Below are positions 60,419 to 64,000 of a stretch of DNA of 64,000 nucleotides, one piece after another; the first letter of the stretch is position 1; each line of letters opens with the position of its first letter. Both the position numbers and the translations under genes were made by a program. The DNA comes from an uncultured Pseudomonadota bacterium. Lineage in GTDB: Bacteria; Oederibacteriota; Muellerivitia; Muellerivitales; Muellerivitaceae. The DNA is taken from the NCBI GenBank assembly GCA_963843375.1, contig CAWJKT010000011.1:1-64000 (forward strand). Reading direction: 5' to 3'. The notes beneath the pieces were generated by a model, which was not told where the DNA came from, ran no database searches, and worked only from the letters and a program-made list of their open reading frames with translations.

Positions 60419-62998
60419 ATGGAACAGGTTGAACAAACGCGGAAGAAAGTCATGCAGACCGCCAGTATCCTGGCGGTGCTGGTGCTTTTCTACGCCGCCT
60501 TGTGGGTCCTGCGCCGGGAAATAAGGGCCAGCCACTACGATGACGTCCTTCTCTATTTAAAGCAGATTCCCCTGCAGCCATTTTTTCATGGCTTTCGGGA
60601 TGACGATTGCTCAGCTACATGGCCCTGGGCTTTTTACGACGTATTGGGGATGTGGCACATTAAAAAACCGCTTCCTTATTACAAGATCGCCTTCACCTCT
60701 TTCATCGCCTACAGCTTCAGCCATAACATCGGGGCGGCGCTCCTCACGGGGGGCGGCATCCGCTACCGGCTTTATTCCGCCTGGGGCCTGACGGCGGGCG
60801 AGTCCGCCAACGTGCTGGTCATCTGCGGCATGACCTTTTGGGTGGGCTACCTCACCATGGGAGGGATATTCTTCTTCCTCCAACCGCCCGAGCTTCCCGC
60901 TTCCGTGCACGTTCCCTTCCACTCGGTGGACTTCGGTGGGATTGTTTTGCGTCCTGGCGATGACGGCCTATTTGCTTGAGCGCGGTTTTCGTAAAAAAAA
61001 CCATCAAGATCGTCCGGTGGCAATTTCCCACGCCCTCGGTGAGCCTGGCGTTGTCCCAAATGGCCGGCGGGATGCCTGGACTGGACCTGCTCGGGCGGCG
61101 GCGCTTTATCTTTTGCTTCCGCCCAACTCTCTTTCCTTTCCTTCCTTTCTTGCGATCTACCTCCTTGGCCCAGATGGTCGGTTTCGTCAGCCAGGTTCCG
61201 GGCGGGCTGGGGGTTTTGGAAACAGTCGTCGTCCTCCTGCTCTCGCCCATCCTTCCGGCTTCCGACGTGCTGGGCGCCATGCTGGCCTTCCGGATGGTTT
61301 ATTACCTGATCCCCTTTGTCCTGGGACTCACGTCTTTTTCCCTTTATGAGATCAACCGGAACAAGGAAGGCTTCAAGCGGGCGTTTCAAATCTTGGACCG
61401 CTTCGCGCCCGATTTCGCTCCCCATGTCTTTTCCTTTTTGGTCTTTCCTGAGCGGCACCCTGCTTCTTTTTTCCAACGCCATGCCGGAAGTCAGCCGACG
61501 CATGACATGGCTCAACGAATTCATGCCTTTGGGGCTAATGGAAAGTTCGCATTTCCTGGTGGGGCTGGTCGCGGCAGGACTGATGGTGTTGGCCCGAGGG
61601 CTTCAACAGCGCTTGCAATCGGCTTACGTTCTCACCCTGATCTTTCTGGGGTTTGGCATCCTGGGCTGTCTCTTCAAGGGCTTCGACTATCAGGAAGTCA
61701 TTACCCTGCTGGTGGTCTTGGGGTCGCTTTTGCCCTTTGGGCGCTATTTTTCCCGAAGGAATTCTATTTTCCAACAACGTTACCCGCCCCTCTGGGTGAC
61801 AGCGGTTTTGTTCGTCCTGCTGGGTTCCATTTGGAGTGGGGTCTTCAACTATCGCTATGAGGATTATTCCCCCGACCTTTGGACCACCTTCGACATCGTG
61901 GAAGACGCGGCCCGGTTCCTGCGGTCGACCCTGGCAGCCACCGCCACCCTCCTGGTTTTTTCCATCGTGAGCCTTTTGTCGCCCAACCAGCAGGAAACTG
62001 AAATTCCTGGAGGGGCTGAATTGGGCCGGGCCTTGGCAGTCATCCGAAAATCACGGCGGGCTTCGGCGGCCCTGGCCCTGGCGGGGGATAAGGCCCTGCT
62101 TTTCAACAAAAAAGAGGACGCTTTCCTCATGTACGCCATTGAGGGCAAATGTTGGGTCGCCCTGGGCGACCCCGTGGGCGAGGAAAAGGATAGGGAAGAT
62201 TTGGCCATCCGCTTCAAGGATATGTGCCACCGCAAAAACGCCTGGGCTCTTTTTTACCTGGTGGACCAGCAGCATTTCCAACTTTACCTGGATATGGGAC
62301 TGACGGTGATGAAGGCAGGGGAGGAGGCAAGGGTAGCGCTCAAAGGTTTTCACCTGGAAAACCTCGCGTCGGCAGACTTGAAAAACACCTATCAGCGGTT
62401 TAAGGACCAGGAAGATTACACCTTCGAGATCCATTCCGAAAAATCCTGGGGCGAGCTTTTGCCCGAGTTGAAGAAGGTTTCCGAGGACTGGTTGAGCAAG
62501 AACAAAACCCGGGAAAAGGGTTTTTCCACCGGGTTTTTCCAGGAAAGATACCTGGAGTATTTCCTCCTGGCTGTCGTTCGCAAGGAAGGAAAAATATTGG
62601 CCTTCGCCAATTTGATGCAAGGGGGTTCCGGGGAGGAAATTGCGGTGGACCTGTTGCGTTCTTCCCATGAGGCCTCGGCGGCGCTGGAAGATTACCTTCT
62701 GCTGGAACTGATGTCCTGGGCCAGCGGGAAAGGGTTCAAATGGTTCAACTTGGGTACGGCGCCGCCCCTGGATATGGAGGCAAGCCCCCTGGCGCCCTTC
62801 CAGGATAAAGTGGCGGAGATCCTCTCACCTTATGCCCATTTTTCGAAACTGCCTGAGATCCGCCAGGAAAAGGAAAGGTTCGGCCCCGAGTGGAACACAC
62901 GCTATCTGGCGGCCGCGGCCAACGTACCGCTGACCGTGGCTTTCACCAATATCCAGGCCCTGATCGCCAAGGGTAACCGGGTGAGCGTAAAGAAATGA
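60419..62998 (+). CDS. mprF: Bifunctional aminoacyl-phosphatidylglycerol flippase/synthetase MprF (several frameshifts, 60.6-61.5 kb)
   Basis: GGGIRYRLY, VPGGLGVLE, ESSHF, GDKALLF, WVALGDPVG, GEEA, EKGFS, VDLLR. Confidence 0.88.
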
Positions 62999-63615
62999 GT
63001 CATGGTCCCTGCCGTATTTCCAGCCAAAATTTGATGTTTTTATTTCTCGTGGTGGCTGCCTTGATCGCGGGTTGCTCGCCGGGACGCTATGAGTTGGGGG
63101 AAAGGGGACGGGCCGCTAGTCCCGACGAGGCCATCCACAACGCCGAGGAATACCTCCACAGCCGTCCTAACTGGAAAATCGACTGTTCCCATTTCGTTCT
63201 GGCCTGCTACCACTCGCCCAGAATGAACGCCTTCCTCAACCGCCGCCGGTACCACCACAACCTGGTCTATGACATTAATTATTATCTGACCCAGCAAAAA
63301 ACCCGCCGAGCCCGAGCCGCCGACATCCAGCCAGGGGACATCCTGATTTTCAACAAGACCTACGACATCAACCACGACGGCCATATCGACGACAGGGATG
63401 TTTTCACCCACGCCGGATTAGTGGAGAGTTTCCACGATATGGTTGTGACTTATATCGACGCCTCGCAAGACCGCGTTCCCCCCCGCATCCACCGGCGGAC
63501 CTTCAGTTTTTTCGGGAAAGAACATAATGAAACCGTGGCCACGGACCCGGCCACGGGCCATAAGATCCACGCGCGAGACACTTTTTACGCGGCCTATGGG
63601 CCACCGCCGGAATAA
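62995..63615 (+). CDS. NlpC/P60-like lipoprotein
   Basis: IAGC lipobox; IDCSHFV, QPGDILIF, THAG. Confidence 0.7.
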   Translation: MSHGPCRISSQNLMFLFLVVAALIAGCSPGRYELGERGRAASPDEAIHNAEEYLHSRPNWKIDCSHFVLACYHSPRMNAFLNRRRYHHNLVYDINYYLTQQKTRRARAADIQPGDILIFNKTYDINHDGHIDDRDVFTHAGLVESFHDMVVTYIDASQDRVPPRIHRRTFSFFGKEHNETVATDPATGHKIHARDTFYAAYGPPPE

Positions 63616-63743
63616 AATTTTGGAACCACCAAGGGAAACAAGAAGGGACGAAAAAGAAAGACAAAAAGTTGTTGGAAAATCCGCCCAACTTTTTGTCTTT
63701 CTTGGTGCCTTTGATGGAACTTGGTTTTCAAGAGAGGTTTTAC

Positions 63744-64000
63744 ATGTTTCATGTCGTTCTAATCGAACCCGAGATACCCTGGAATACCGGCAACATCGGG
63801 CGGACCTGCCTGGGGGCGGGAGCCGAATTGCACTTGGTGGGCCGGTTGGGATTCCACCTGGACAATCAACAGGTCCAAAGAGCGGGGCTGGATTATTGGG
63901 ATAAAGTCAAACTCCACCGGCATGACAGCTGGGAAAAATTTCTGGAAACCATTCCTTCCAAAGCGGACTTGTTTTTCTTTTCAACCAAGGGCAAGAAGGT
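63744..64000 (+). CDS. trmL: tRNA (cytidine34-2'-O)-methyltransferase TrmL, partial (runs off the window)
   Basis: MFHVVLIEPEIPWNTGNIGRTC, RAGLDYW, read directly from the DNA. Confidence 0.9.
   Translation, partial: MFHVVLIEPEIPWNTGNIGRTCLGAGAELHLVGRLGFHLDNQQVQRAGLDYWDKVKLHRHDSWEKFLETIPSKADLFFFSTKGKK

Overview
Bacterial chromosomal window, most likely spanning or next to the replication origin. Gene orientation switches from - to mostly + at about 3.7 kb. Two exact-complement parS-type 16-mers flank mnmG-rsmG, followed by a DnaA-box-like cluster, an AT-rich gap and recF-dciA-gyrB-gyrA; dnaA/dnaN and parA/parB are absent from their usual positions. Overlapping the gyrA stop is a membrane histidine-kinase homologue whose catalytic motifs are all degenerate and which ends in a long Pro-rich tail. 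The middle of the window holds a FecR / beta-barrel / 2032-aa lipoprotein operon, a sigma70-family / HspR / DegP operon with a HAIR-like site inside a consensus promoter, envelope glycosyltransferases, leuCD with a divergent LysR, and small stress/redox genes. At 49.8-56.5 kb a tyrosine-integrase element sits at tRNA-Ser(CGA) and duplicates the 5' half of the tRNA rather than the usual 3' half; it carries arm-type repeats, a HigBA-like pair and an IS21 without a target duplication. Next come remains of a second island (radC fragment, AAA/DUF4143 ATPase, orphan AbiEi antitoxin, 3' half of tRNA-Leu(CAA)), then pdxH, mprF, an NlpC/P60-like gene and partial trmL. Frameshifts in essential genes (gyrA, gyrB) point to uncorrected sequencing indels, clustered at 2-16 kb and 59-61.5 kb. 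All family assignments are from motif recognition by eye; no searches were run.
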